Source: Candidatus Woesebacteria bacterium GW2011_GWB1_33_22 (GTDB lineage Bacteria; Patescibacteriota; Microgenomatia; UBA8517). Taken from it: a stretch of DNA of 64,000 nt. The stretch lies in the NCBI GenBank assembly GCA_000989765.1, contig LBOW01000001.1, forward strand, positions 47,660 through 111,659. Direction: 5' to 3'. The notes beneath the pieces are model-generated. The model saw only the letters and a program-made list of their open reading frames with translations, made no database searches and was not told where the DNA came from. The translations under genes and the position numbers were made by a program. Below are positions 9,182 to 19,418 of this stretch, piece by piece; position 1 is the stretch's first letter, and every line of letters starts with the position of its first letter.

Positions 9182-10180
9182 ATGATAACAACCAAAAAGA
9201 AAGATTTTTATAAAAATAAAAAAGTTTTAGTTACAGGAGGGTTAGGTTTTATAGGAAGTACACTTTGTATTGAATTAGTTAAATTAGGTGCAGATGTAAC
9301 GCTTATTGATTCTCTTGTGCCAGATTACGGCGGTAATTTATTTAATATTGATCCAATTAAAAATAAAGTAAAAGTTAATATATCTGATGTGCGAGATAGA
9401 TACAGCATGAACTATTTAGTTCAGAATAAAGACATAATGTTTAATTTGGCTGGAACATTAAGTCATGTTGATAGTATGCGAGATCCATATACAGATTTAG
9501 AAATTAATGTTACAAGTCAAGTCTCTATTTTAGAAGCGTGTAGGAATAATAATCCTAAAATAAAAATAATATTTGCAGGAACAAGAAATCAATATGGGAA
9601 AGCACAATACTTACCTGTAGATGAAAAACACCCACTTGAACCAACAGATGTTAATGGAATAAATTGTAATGCAGGAGAATATTATCATTTACTTTACAAT
9701 AAAGTTTATGGAATTAGGGCTTGTTCATTAAGATTAAGTAATACTTACGGGCCAAGACATCAAATGAAACATGAACGACAAGGGATTCTAAATTGGTTTT
9801 TAAGGCAGATTATGAACGGAGAACAGATCACTCTTCATGGAACAGGTACTCAAATACGAGATGCTCATTATGTTGACGATGTAGTTAATGCATTTATTTT
9901 AGCTGGCGCCTCTGATAATGTGTGGGGAGAAGTATTCAATACAGGCTGTACACCGATTTCTTTAAAAGATTATGTAGAAGCAGCAATAAAAATATATAGG
10001 AAAGGTGGTTATAAAATTATACCCTTTCCAGAAAATAGAAAACCAATTGAAATAGGAGATTATATCGCAGATTATTCAAAGATTAATAAAATGATTGGGT
10101 GGAAACCTAAATTTAATCTTGACACAGGTTTAAAGAGGACTTTTGAATACTATGACAAATACAAAAAATTTTATTGGTAA
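9182..10180 (+). CDS. NAD-dependent nucleotide-sugar epimerase/dehydratase (extended SDR)
   Basis: VLVTGGLGFIGS Rossmann motif and an extended SDR C-terminal region (SNTYGPR). Confidence 0.8.
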   Translation: MITTKKKDFYKNKKVLVTGGLGFIGSTLCIELVKLGADVTLIDSLVPDYGGNLFNIDPIKNKVKVNISDVRDRYSMNYLVQNKDIMFNLAGTLSHVDSMRDPYTDLEINVTSQVSILEACRNNNPKIKIIFAGTRNQYGKAQYLPVDEKHPLEPTDVNGINCNAGEYYHLLYNKVYGIRACSLRLSNTYGPRHQMKHERQGILNWFLRQIMNGEQITLHGTGTQIRDAHYVDDVVNAFILAGASDNVWGEVFNTGCTPISLKDYVEAAIKIYRKGGYKIIPFPENRKPIEIGDYIADYSKINKMIGWKPKFNLDTGLKRTFEYYDKYKKFYW

Positions 10181-10198
10181 AATAATATTATCTCACTA

Positions 10199-11296
10199 AT
10201 GTCTTCAAAAATAATAAAATTTGTTGATTTAGCGGGAGAATATAGAAATATCAAAAAAGAAATTAACCAAAGTGTTCAAAGAGTTTTGAACAGTGGGGTT
10301 TACGTTTTAGGACAAGAAGTAGAAAATTTTGAAAATAAATTTGCCTCTTATATTGGTACAAAATATGCTGTTGGGTTGGCTTCAGGTACTGATGCCTTAA
10401 CACTTGCTATAAAATCATTGAGTTTAAAGGAAGGCGAATCAATTTTAGTACCTGCAAATGTCTATCCTACAATTTTTGGAGTTGCACTTTCGGGAATAAA
10501 AATAAAACTAACAGATGTTAATCCAAAAAGTTTAAATATTGATATTGAGAATATAAAAAAATATTACTCTAGAGAGGTAAAAGCAGTTTTAGTGGTTCAT
10601 TTGTATGGTAATCCTGTAGATATGTCTCCAATAGTTAAATTTTGCAAAGAGAAGAAGATATATCTGATTGAAGATTGTGCCCAAGCTACAGGTAGTATAT
10701 ATAAAAATAAAAAAGTTGGATCATTCGGAGACGTCTCCTGTTTTAGTTTTTATCCAACTAAAAATCTTGGAACTTATGGTGATGGTGGAGCAGTTTTAAC
10801 AAATAATAAAAAAATTTATGAGAAGGTAAAAAGTCTTAGAATGTATGGTGAACAAGGAAGATACAATAGTCTTGAGATTGGCCACAATAGCAGACTTGAT
10901 GAAATTCACGCTGCTATTTTATCTGTTAAATTAAAACATATTGATAAATGGAATTTGAAAAGGCGTAAAATAGCTAAACTTTACAATTTACTTTTAACAA
11001 AAAAGGGGATAGATGTGGTTGAAGAAAATAGATTAGGGAAATCAAATTATCACCTGTATGTTATAAAGATAAACAACAGGCAAAAATTGATGGATAATTT
11101 AAGAACTCATGGTATCCCTTCTGTTATTCATTATCCACTTCCAATACATTTTGTTAAATCATTTTCGTATTTAGGATATAAAAAAGGTAGTTTTCCCATT
11201 ACTGAAAAATATACGGAGCGTATTCTCACATTACCAATATATCCTGAAATAAAACAAGATGACATAATTAAAATATGCCAATTAATTAAAATATGA
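10199..11296 (+). CDS. DegT/DnrJ/EryC1/StrS-family PLP-dependent sugar aminotransferase
   Basis: SFYPTKNLGTYGDGGAV with the catalytic Lys; whole-length family architecture (about 365 aa). Confidence 0.85.
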   Translation: MSSKIIKFVDLAGEYRNIKKEINQSVQRVLNSGVYVLGQEVENFENKFASYIGTKYAVGLASGTDALTLAIKSLSLKEGESILVPANVYPTIFGVALSGIKIKLTDVNPKSLNIDIENIKKYYSREVKAVLVVHLYGNPVDMSPIVKFCKEKKIYLIEDCAQATGSIYKNKKVGSFGDVSCFSFYPTKNLGTYGDGGAVLTNNKKIYEKVKSLRMYGEQGRYNSLEIGHNSRLDEIHAAILSVKLKHIDKWNLKRRKIAKLYNLLLTKKGIDVVEENRLGKSNYHLYVIKINNRQKLMDNLRTHGIPSVIHYPLPIHFVKSFSYLGYKKGSFPITEKYTERILTLPIYPEIKQDDIIKICQLIKI

Positions 11297-12537
11297 AAAT
11301 TTGTATTCTCACACACACATTTCCAAGATTTGAAAAAGACGTTGCCGCACCATTTATGGATGGAGTAGCTACTGGAATGGTTGAAAATAAAAATGAAGTA
11401 ATTGTACTAACCCCATTTTCATCTAAATTTAGTAAGTTTTTAAAATCTAAAAAATATAAACTTGTGTTATATAAATACGCACCGTTTAAAAGTTGGCACA
11501 AGTTAGGTTATTCAGAGACACTAACTGATGATAAAACTTTAAAATTTACGAATCTTTTACTTTCTCCCTTTATGTTTACTTTTGGAATATTAGCTTTGTA
11601 TAAATTAGTGAAAAAAGAAAAAATTGATATTATTAATGCTCACTGGATCTTACCAAATGGATTTATTGCCTGCGTAGTGTCAAGATTAACAGGTGTTCCT
11701 GTGGTTTCAACTTTGCCTGGATCTGATGTTTATATGGCAGATAGAAATAATCTTTATAGATATATGGCAAAATTTGCATCCGAGACATCAAAGGCAATAT
11801 CGAGCAATAGTCCACAGTTATTGGTAGATTTAGCTAAAATTTGTGAAAAATTGGGAACTAAAAAAGGATTAATCCAAAAAAAATCTTATCCAATCATGTA
11901 TGGTGTTGATCCAAAGAAGTTTTATCCAACCACAAAAAATATTACATCAATTAGAAAAAAGCTAAAAATTTTAGGAGACAATATTATAATTTCTTCGGTA
12001 GGAAGACTAGTCTCCAAAAAAGGATATAAATATTTGGTTGAGGCAGCACCGAAAATTATTAAAGAAAATAAAAAGGTAACATTTGCAATATTTGGTGAGG
12101 GTGACCAAAGAAAAGAATTAGAAAAAAGAGTGTTAGAACTTGGTCTAGAAGATAATTTTCGTTTTCCTGGGTGGGTAAAATATGATGAAATCCTTTATTA
12201 TCAAAATCTTGGAGATATCTTTATACTACCTTCTATTCGTGACGAGGAAGGTAATCTAGATGACCAATCTGTTTCTGTTGTAGAAGCTATGGCTTGTGCA
12301 AAACCCATAATCACCACAGACTTTCCTGGATATAGGATAGTTATGAGAAATGGCAGAAATGGTTACCTTGTTCCTGAAAAAAATGCACAAAAAATGTCAC
12401 AGGCTATTATTAAATTAATTGGTTCGCCAAAACTAAGAGATGATATGGGAAAAACGTCTCGTGAACTTGTGCTAAATCATTTTTCGTGGGATTCGATTGG
12501 AAAAGAGTATACTTTTCTTTTTGAAAAACTGTTGTAG
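11293..12537 (+). CDS. glycosyltransferase, GT-B fold (GT4-like)
   Basis: C-terminal VVEAMACAKPIITTDFPGY...NGYLV motif; N-terminal MKICILTHTFP. ATGA overlap with the upstream gene. Confidence 0.8.
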   Translation: MKICILTHTFPRFEKDVAAPFMDGVATGMVENKNEVIVLTPFSSKFSKFLKSKKYKLVLYKYAPFKSWHKLGYSETLTDDKTLKFTNLLLSPFMFTFGILALYKLVKKEKIDIINAHWILPNGFIACVVSRLTGVPVVSTLPGSDVYMADRNNLYRYMAKFASETSKAISSNSPQLLVDLAKICEKLGTKKGLIQKKSYPIMYGVDPKKFYPTTKNITSIRKKLKILGDNIIISSVGRLVSKKGYKYLVEAAPKIIKENKKVTFAIFGEGDQRKELEKRVLELGLEDNFRFPGWVKYDEILYYQNLGDIFILPSIRDEEGNLDDQSVSVVEAMACAKPIITTDFPGYRIVMRNGRNGYLVPEKNAQKMSQAIIKLIGSPKLRDDMGKTSRELVLNHFSWDSIGKEYTFLFEKLL

Positions 12538-12549
12538 ATATATAATAAT

Positions 12550-14598
12550 ATGCAAAAAAAAATTTCTATTTTTATTGGTATAATCTTTTTTATTTTCGGT
12601 ATTTTAACTCTTCCAGACTATGGAATTAATTGGGATACGGTTAACCATATTCCAAGGGGTCAAATATACCTCCAATATTTGTTAACAGGTGAAAAAGATT
12701 ATTCAAAACTTCCTGCGTACAAAAAATATTGGCAAAAACCAGAGGAACTTTTGTTAGATAAAGGCCAGCGTAATTTAAAAGGTCCATTGAGAAGTTATTA
12801 TCAAAGCGATGCCTACACATTTGATTGGTATATGGAAATTGATGGTACTGGACATCCCCCCTTAAGTGATATTATTTCATCGATCTTTAACAGAGTATTG
12901 TTTGGTAGGTTGAAAATAATCAACGATATTGATTCCTATCGGGTATATGGAGTTTTTTTAGCTTCTATATTAGTCGGATTGATCTACTATTGGATTAGTG
13001 GTTTGTATGGTAAATTTGCAGGCATAATTGCCTCCCTATCATTAGCAACCTATCCATTGTTTTTTGCGGAAAGCCATTTTAATACAGAAAAAGATGTTCC
13101 CGAAACTGTTTATTGGTCATTATTTTTGTATTGTATCTGGAAAGGATTTACGAATAAAAATTGGAAGTGGATATTAGTCTCAGGACTTTTATTTGGTTTA
13201 GCACTAGGAACTAAGTTTAACATTCTATTCTCGATTTTTGTAATTTTACCTTGGTTGCTAATTTTTTTAAAGAAAAGATTATTTGATAAAGTTAATTTAA
13301 ATTTAATTTTTGTAGGTTTTATTGCCCTTTTTATTGGTATTTTAATATTTATTAGTTCTTGGCCATTTTTGTGGCAGGATATTATTTCAGGGGTACAAAA
13401 AGTGTTTGGATTTTATAAGACAATTGGCACCTCGGTAAAGTTTGACACCCAATTTACAGGACCATTTGGAATTAATACCTATCCTTTTTATTGGATAATT
13501 TATACAACTCCAGTTTTAGTTTTAATATTATCTTTTTTTGGTTTAATTTCTTTGTGGGTTGATAGGAAAAAAGATCAGTTTTCAACAGGTTTGCTATTTG
13601 TTTTGTGGTTTATGGTTCCGATTGTCAGAGTAATGATTCCGCATAGTAATGTCTATGGAGGTATAAGACAGGTTATGGAGTACATTCCAGCAATGGCAAT
13701 TCTGGCAGGTATTGGCGCCAGTAAAATTATAAATATAATGAAAGTTGCTTGGTGGAAAAAACTTTCAATCTTTAGTATTTTGTTTTGTTTTGTTTTGATT
13801 ATGTTTAATCTCGTTAAAATACATCCAAATGAAAATGCATTTTTTAATATTTTAATCGGAGGATTATCAGGAGCTAAACAAAGTAATATACCTTCTTGGG
13901 GTAATACATTTGGAGCTGCATATAGACAAGGTGTCGTTTGGATTAATCAAAATGCTAAACCAAATTCAAGATTAGCATATGCCCATGGACTTATGCCAGA
14001 TATACCTCTAATTTGGATCCGACCAGATATAGACACAAGTAACACTAATAGAAGTGGTTTTTTGAGAAATGGAGAATATGTTATTGGTCTTGTTTATGAA
14101 GGAATTTCGAATAGTTTTTATTTTGATGACTATTTAGAAAAAATAGTACAGCCTATGTATAAATCAGGTATTGATGGAGTAACTTTAGTTGGAGTTTGGA
14201 AAAACGAGGATGAACAAATAAAACCTGAATACAAAAAACAAAATATTATAAAAAATATTAGTTGGAAGAAAAGTGACAAAAATGGAGAAATTATAGTTGA
14301 TTTAAATAAAGTCTATACATTGTCATATTTAAAAATGGGTTACAGTGAAAGAGGATGCGCTTCACTAAAATATGGTATTGTTTATTTGTCATCAGATAAT
14401 AAGTTGTGGGTAGAGCTTCGTGATAAATTACCTATGGATGAAATACCACCCCTAAAAGCAATACAACCTTCTAAAGGTCAATTTTATTATCCGTTTGTTG
14501 CGGAGCAAGCTAGATATATTAAAATTAACGTTGATCCAATTACTTCATGTCTAACAAATAAGGCGACTTCAGTGGAAGTTTATAGTTTAGGTTATTGA
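12550..14598 (+). CDS. GT-C fold membrane glycosyltransferase (ArnT/PMT-like) with C-terminal beta-rich putative carbohydrate-binding domain; paralog of 40446-42527
   Basis: N-terminal TM followed by DYGINWD in the first extracytoplasmic loop; the paralog reads DYGINWDE, the ArnT/PMT DE motif. About 11 TM helices, then a roughly 230-aa C-terminal soluble region ending in a discoidin-like stretch. Shared blocks with 40446-42527: GHPPLSDI / GHPALNGV, TYPLFFAESHFN / TYPLFVGEQHFN, IHPNENAFFN / IHPNENVFFN. Confidence 0.6.
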   Translation: MQKKISIFIGIIFFIFGILTLPDYGINWDTVNHIPRGQIYLQYLLTGEKDYSKLPAYKKYWQKPEELLLDKGQRNLKGPLRSYYQSDAYTFDWYMEIDGTGHPPLSDIISSIFNRVLFGRLKIINDIDSYRVYGVFLASILVGLIYYWISGLYGKFAGIIASLSLATYPLFFAESHFNTEKDVPETVYWSLFLYCIWKGFTNKNWKWILVSGLLFGLALGTKFNILFSIFVILPWLLIFLKKRLFDKVNLNLIFVGFIALFIGILIFISSWPFLWQDIISGVQKVFGFYKTIGTSVKFDTQFTGPFGINTYPFYWIIYTTPVLVLILSFFGLISLWVDRKKDQFSTGLLFVLWFMVPIVRVMIPHSNVYGGIRQVMEYIPAMAILAGIGASKIINIMKVAWWKKLSIFSILFCFVLIMFNLVKIHPNENAFFNILIGGLSGAKQSNIPSWGNTFGAAYRQGVVWINQNAKPNSRLAYAHGLMPDIPLIWIRPDIDTSNTNRSGFLRNGEYVIGLVYEGISNSFYFDDYLEKIVQPMYKSGIDGVTLVGVWKNEDEQIKPEYKKQNIIKNISWKKSDKNGEIIVDLNKVYTLSYLKMGYSERGCASLKYGIVYLSSDNKLWVELRDKLPMDEIPPLKAIQPSKGQFYYPFVAEQARYIKINVDPITSCLTNKATSVEVYSLGY

Positions 14599-14632
14599 CA
14601 ATCACCTTTATAATAATTTATAGTATTAAAGT

Positions 14633-15178
14633 ATGAAAGTAGTCAAATTGATAACTATATTGGTGGCAGTGACTTTCTGTCTTTTTACATTAAATCTAAA
14701 GGCTCTAGCAGTATCTTCTGACCCAAGTCCTAATCCGACCAAGGTTGATTCATTCGAGCTATTTTGGCCAATTGTAGCAGGAAAAGTTCAAGGTGATTCG
14801 ATGTATCGTTTAAAAATTTTTAAGGAAAATATGCGTGGATATTTAATTTTGAGTAGTTTGAAAAAAGCAGAGTATCTTACTTTTATTTCGAGTAAACGAC
14901 TAGTAGAATTTGAAGAGCTCGCTTTATCGAGAAAAAATTTTGAGAACGCTACTAAGACTTTAGAAGTATATAGATCTACTCAAAAAAAGATTTTTTCTTA
15001 TCTTGATAAAGCAAAAAGCGAGGGTGTTATGATCACAAATACTCAAAGTATTATAGAGGATACACTCAATAGGCAGCTTACATTACTAAATTATATTCTT
15101 CTTGGTGTGGATAATTCACAAAAGACAGGTGTAGAGGGTGCTATATCTTTTATAAATTCAGAGTTAGAAAAGTTTTAA
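14633..15178 (+). CDS. secreted/N-terminally anchored protein, DUF5667-like
   Basis: Signal/anchor MKVVKLITILVAVTFCLF. The MYRLKIFKENMRGYLILSSLKKAEYLTFISSKRLVEFEEL region resembles the DUF5667 pattern common in CPR genomes. Confidence 0.45.
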   Translation: MKVVKLITILVAVTFCLFTLNLKALAVSSDPSPNPTKVDSFELFWPIVAGKVQGDSMYRLKIFKENMRGYLILSSLKKAEYLTFISSKRLVEFEELALSRKNFENATKTLEVYRSTQKKIFSYLDKAKSEGVMITNTQSIIEDTLNRQLTLLNYILLGVDNSQKTGVEGAISFINSELEKF

Positions 15179-16120
15179 TTAAAATAGTTTTTCTTCAATA
15201 TACTTTTCTGTCAGATTTTCTTTTTGATCTAAGTTAACCAGCATTTCAGCAAGAAGTCCTGTCGTAATTAATTGTATACCTATTATCATTAATAACATTC
15301 CTAGGAACAATAAAGGCTGTCTGTATTGTATTGTGCCTGTAAATACTCTCAAATAAGTAATATATACACCTATTAAAAATCCAATAAATGATAACATTAT
15401 TCCAATTGTTCCAAAAAAATGAGCTGGTTTTTTCATATATCCCGTAAGAAAAGTTACAGTTAGCATGTCTAAAAATCCTTTAATGTTTCTTTGCCAACCA
15501 AATTTACTTTTACCGTATTTTCTTGGTCTATGGATTACTATTATTTCACCTACTTTAAAATTTTGTTTTTCAGCTAAAACTGGAATATATTTATACAATT
15601 CTCCGTATAGGTGTAGATTCTCGACGACGACCCTTTTATAAGCTTTAAGGCCACAATTAAGGTCGTGAATTTTTATACCAGTTAATAATCTTGTTGTCCA
15701 ATTACCAAGTTTTGATGGTAAAGTCTTGGATATTGGATCATGACGGTTCTTTTTCCAACCAGATACTAAATCATACCCTTCACCAAGCATTTTGATAAGT
15801 TTAGGAATTTCTATCGGATTATCTTGTAGATCTGCATCCATAGTAATAATTATCTCTCCATTTGAGTTTTCGAAACCTGCTTGTAAGGCAATAGATTTAC
15901 CAAACCAACCTCTTAGTTTTACTATTTTAATTTTTTTATCCAACTTGTGGAGTTTTTCCAAAATTTGATATGATTTGTCAGTTGAGCCATCATCAACAAA
16001 AACAATTTGGTAATTTATTTTGTTCTTTTTAACTACATCAATAATTTCTAGATATAGTTTTTCTATAGACTCCTCCTCATTTTTAATTGGAATTACAATG
16101 GAAATTAGAAATTTGTTCAT
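15179..16120 (-). CDS. polyprenyl-phosphate glycosyltransferase (GT2, GtrB/ArnC/DPM1-like) with C-terminal TM helices
   Basis: MNKFLISIVIPIKNEE...VFVDDGSTDKS...MDADLQDNP plus two C-terminal TM helices, the typical Und-P-sugar synthase architecture. The six-frame ORF extends to 16132 with a TTG; the ATG at 16120 is the more likely start. Confidence 0.8.
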   Translation of the reverse strand: MNKFLISIVIPIKNEEESIEKLYLEIIDVVKKNKINYQIVFVDDGSTDKSYQILEKLHKLDKKIKIVKLRGWFGKSIALQAGFENSNGEIIITMDADLQDNPIEIPKLIKMLGEGYDLVSGWKKNRHDPISKTLPSKLGNWTTRLLTGIKIHDLNCGLKAYKRVVVENLHLYGELYKYIPVLAEKQNFKVGEIIVIHRPRKYGKSKFGWQRNIKGFLDMLTVTFLTGYMKKPAHFFGTIGIMLSFIGFLIGVYITYLRVFTGTIQYRQPLLFLGMLLMIIGIQLITTGLLAEMLVNLDQKENLTEKYIEEKLF

Positions 16121-16170
16121 TATAAAAACCAATTATACCTTATTAATGCAAAGTGTGATATATTTTCTTT

Positions 16171-16668
16171 ATGTTAAAGCAGTTTATTATTGTTTTTTTC
16201 ACAGTTATTTTTCTAATCTTTATTTCAAGCACGAAACCCTTTTTAGTCATAGGTTCTGATGAATATATATTTGATACTCAAATCACGCAAAAAACAACTT
16301 TAATAAATAAGATTTTTGAGAAGACAGGTTTTTTAATTCGGTTGAATAAATCTAGTAAGGCAAAATATTGGAGAAAACTTGTGGATAAAAGGTTGGCCGA
16401 ATTCAAACTTGTTGTCGAGAATGACGATAAGGGAGCTTTCGAGGAAACTTCATCAAGATATTCAACCTATGTTGCCAATTATTCAGATTATCTTTTAAAT
16501 TCAAATTTAGTTAATGAAAAAAGTATCACCAAGCAGCAATTTGATAAACATCAAGAAATCTTAAACACATTTAAGGATAAATATGAATACAATTCTGCTT
16601 GGTGGATTTTAGTTATGCACCCAATTAATACGTTGGAAATCTTCAAATTAAAGGTCGAAAAATTATGA
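16171..16668 (+). CDS. N-terminally anchored protein, DUF5667-like (second copy)
   Basis: N-terminal hydrophobic helix. FLIRLNKSSKAKYWRKLVDKRLAEFKLVVEND resembles the same pattern as 14633-15178. Confidence 0.4.
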   Translation: MLKQFIIVFFTVIFLIFISSTKPFLVIGSDEYIFDTQITQKTTLINKIFEKTGFLIRLNKSSKAKYWRKLVDKRLAEFKLVVENDDKGAFEETSSRYSTYVANYSDYLLNSNLVNEKSITKQQFDKHQEILNTFKDKYEYNSAWWILVMHPINTLEIFKLKVEKL

Positions 16669-17693
16669 CAAAAGGAAACGAGCCAAAAATTTCGATAATC
16701 ACACCAACATTAAATTCTTCGAGAACAATAAAATTATATTTTGAAGCAATAAAAATGCAAAAATATAATGGTAGTGTAGAAGTGTTAATTATAGATGGTG
16801 GAAGTATGGATGACACACTAGATTTCGCTAAAAAGTATAATAATAAAATATTTTTTAATAAATTAAAAACAGCAGAATCTGGTAAGGCCTTGGGTGTTAA
16901 AAAATCTACTGGTTCAATATGTGCTTTTATTGATTCAGATAATATTCTACCAGATAAAGACTGGTTAAGAAAAATGATTTTGCCGTTTATGATAGATTCT
17001 CAAATTATGGCAACTGAGCCGATAAAGTTCACATATCGCGTAAAGGACCATTGGCTTACTAGATATTTTGCATTAATAGGTATGGGAGATCCTATAAATT
17101 TATTTATTGGTAATTATGATAAATATAGTTACATTACAAATAAGTGGACGAACCTAAAACTTAAGGAAGAAAACAAAAATGGGTATAGAAAAGTAAAGCT
17201 TGAAAATAGAATACCCACAATTGGAGCAAATGGGTTTCTAATAAAAAAAGAAGCACTGACTAGCTACGAACTTGGTGACTATTTGTTTGATGTCGATTTA
17301 CTTGAAACGTTAACCAAAAGAAGCCCAATATTCATTTCTAAGGTTGATGTTGGGATTGTTCATCTTTTTTCAGGTGATATAAGCACATTTATTAGAAAAC
17401 AACGTAGAAGGATTAGAGATTATCTTTATCATTATTATTATAAAAATTCTAAAAAAACTGAAAATTCGCTTGAATCTCCATTCATTTTTTGGGGTATTGT
17501 AAAATTCATCGCATCTTGTATATCCGTATTTCCCTTAATATTTCAGTTATTTGTGGGTTTTACAAGAAAACGAGATGTTGTTTGGTTGTTTCATATACCT
17601 GCTTGTTATATTACTCTTTTTGTTTATACTTACGAAACAGTTAGATCGCTATTTATCAAAGAAGAGTATAGTCGAGTGAATTGGAAACAATGA
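16665..17693 (+). CDS. glycosyltransferase family 2 with C-terminal TM helices
   Basis: KISIITPTLNSSRTI...LIIDGGSMDDT...FIDSDN; C-terminal hydrophobic helices. Confidence 0.75.
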   Translation: MTKGNEPKISIITPTLNSSRTIKLYFEAIKMQKYNGSVEVLIIDGGSMDDTLDFAKKYNNKIFFNKLKTAESGKALGVKKSTGSICAFIDSDNILPDKDWLRKMILPFMIDSQIMATEPIKFTYRVKDHWLTRYFALIGMGDPINLFIGNYDKYSYITNKWTNLKLKEENKNGYRKVKLENRIPTIGANGFLIKKEALTSYELGDYLFDVDLLETLTKRSPIFISKVDVGIVHLFSGDISTFIRKQRRRIRDYLYHYYYKNSKKTENSLESPFIFWGIVKFIASCISVFPLIFQLFVGFTRKRDVVWLFHIPACYITLFVYTYETVRSLFIKEEYSRVNWKQ

Positions 17694-18736
17694 GAAAACT
17701 AAAACCCAAAGTATCAATTATTATAACCAATTATAACGGAGGTCAAATTCTTTTAGATTGTATCGAATCCGTCAAAAAAATTGATTACCCAAATTTCGAG
17801 GTTATTTTAATAGATGATAGGTCAAAGGATGATAGTTTTGAGATGGCAACAAAAAATAAAGGTAAATTAAAATTAATATCATCTCGTAACAAAGTTAATC
17901 TTGGATTTGCAGGTGCAAATAATGCTGGCTTAGAGTTGGCAACTGGTGATTATATATTACTTCTTAATAATGATACAAAGGTTGACAAAAACTTGTTGGC
18001 AAAATTGGTTGATAAATTTGAATCTGATTTGTCAATTGGAGCTGGTCAGTCAAAGATACGTTTTATGGATAAACCGGAATATTTAGACAATGCTGGTTCA
18101 TTTTTAACACGAACTGGTTTTTTGGTGCATTGGGGATTTGGGAGTCGAGATTCTAAAGAATTTAATTCAGAAAAAAAAATATTCTCTGCTAAGGGAGCCT
18201 GTTTATTTATAAGACGAAAAGTTATCGATACGGTAGGTCTTTTTGATGCTGACTTTGTAAGTTATATTGAAGAATCTGATTTTTGTTGGAGGGTGTGGTT
18301 GGCTGGATATAAAGTAATCTTTTACCCAGAAACTTATATATTACATAAGGTTGGATTTACTTTTAGTAAACAATTTAATCCAATTACGGTAAATTATAAT
18401 TCGTTTAAAAACAGAATTTTGTCGTTATATAAAAATCTTGAAACCAAAAATCTAATATTAATTTTAATACCACATTTATTTATAATTTTGGGTCTATCTC
18501 TTTATTATTTAATTAAATTACAGTTTGCAAAATCATCGATGATAATTAGAGCTATTTGGTGGAATGTAGTGAATTTTCAAAAATCCCTTAAGAAAAGAAT
18601 GATTGTTCAAAATTTAAGAGTTAAAACAGACGATGAATTATTTAAAACGATTATGAAAAAGTTTGTCTTTAAAGAAATGTTTTCTCATTTTCTTAAGGTA
18701 GAGGCTAATTTTGCCACAAAACGGACTACTAAATGA
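17681..18736 (+). CDS. glycosyltransferase family 2 (WbbL-like rhamnosyl/hexosyltransferase type)
   Basis: KVSIIITNYNGGQILLDCIESV...ILIDDRSKDDS...LLNNDT...; C-terminal TM. Confidence 0.8.
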   Translation: METMRKLKPKVSIIITNYNGGQILLDCIESVKKIDYPNFEVILIDDRSKDDSFEMATKNKGKLKLISSRNKVNLGFAGANNAGLELATGDYILLLNNDTKVDKNLLAKLVDKFESDLSIGAGQSKIRFMDKPEYLDNAGSFLTRTGFLVHWGFGSRDSKEFNSEKKIFSAKGACLFIRRKVIDTVGLFDADFVSYIEESDFCWRVWLAGYKVIFYPETYILHKVGFTFSKQFNPITVNYNSFKNRILSLYKNLETKNLILILIPHLFIILGLSLYYLIKLQFAKSSMIIRAIWWNVVNFQKSLKKRMIVQNLRVKTDDELFKTIMKKFVFKEMFSHFLKVEANFATKRTTK

Positions 18737-19413
18737 TTAAAAATTTCACTTTTAAAGTGCCGATTTCTGGAAGAGTTTTGGCATGTCTAAAACTTTTAAA
18801 TAAATTTAATGTTAATAATAAAACAATACTTGATGTTGGATCGTCTTTTGGTTGGCTAGAGAGAGAGATATTGAAAACTGGTAAATCAAATAAATTGATT
18901 GGTGTTGATCCTAATAAAGATGCAGTTATGTTTGCACAAAAAAAAGTCAAAGGGGCAAGGTTTTTGGTTGGAGACGCCTTAAATTTACCACTTAAGAATA
19001 ATCAGGTAGATGTGGTTACCTTGTTTGATGTAATTGAGCATGTTCCAGAGAACTTTGAGACTAAAGCTCTAAACGAAGTAAATAGGGTTTTAATGAAAGG
19101 TGGATTACTGTTTTTATCTACTCCTAATTCTAAATTTTTGTTAAATATTTTAGACGTAGCATACTTATTTGGTCATAGACACTATAAAAAAGAGCAATTG
19201 ATTAAATATTTAAAGAAATCTAAATTTAAGATCATTGAATCTAGAATTTTAGGGGGATACTGGTTTAGCATATATCTTATTTGGTTATATTTAACTAAAA
19301 GGATTACAGGAAACTTTCTCCCCAGAAATACTTTTTTAGAAAATAGGGAAGCGTCAGAATTTTTAAAAGATAATGGTATTCATACACATTTCATAGTTGC
19401 CAGGAAAATGTGA
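18733..19413 (+). CDS. class I SAM-dependent methyltransferase with C-terminal hydrophobic segment
   Basis: ILDVGSSFGW...VDVVTLFDVIEHVPE...MKGGLLFLSTPN; C-terminal hydrophobic stretch ILGGYWFSIYLIWLYL. Confidence 0.8.
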   Translation: MIKNFTFKVPISGRVLACLKLLNKFNVNNKTILDVGSSFGWLEREILKTGKSNKLIGVDPNKDAVMFAQKKVKGARFLVGDALNLPLKNNQVDVVTLFDVIEHVPENFETKALNEVNRVLMKGGLLFLSTPNSKFLLNILDVAYLFGHRHYKKEQLIKYLKKSKFKIIESRILGGYWFSIYLIWLYLTKRITGNFLPRNTFLENREASEFLKDNGIHTHFIVARKM

Positions 19414-19418
19414 ATAGT

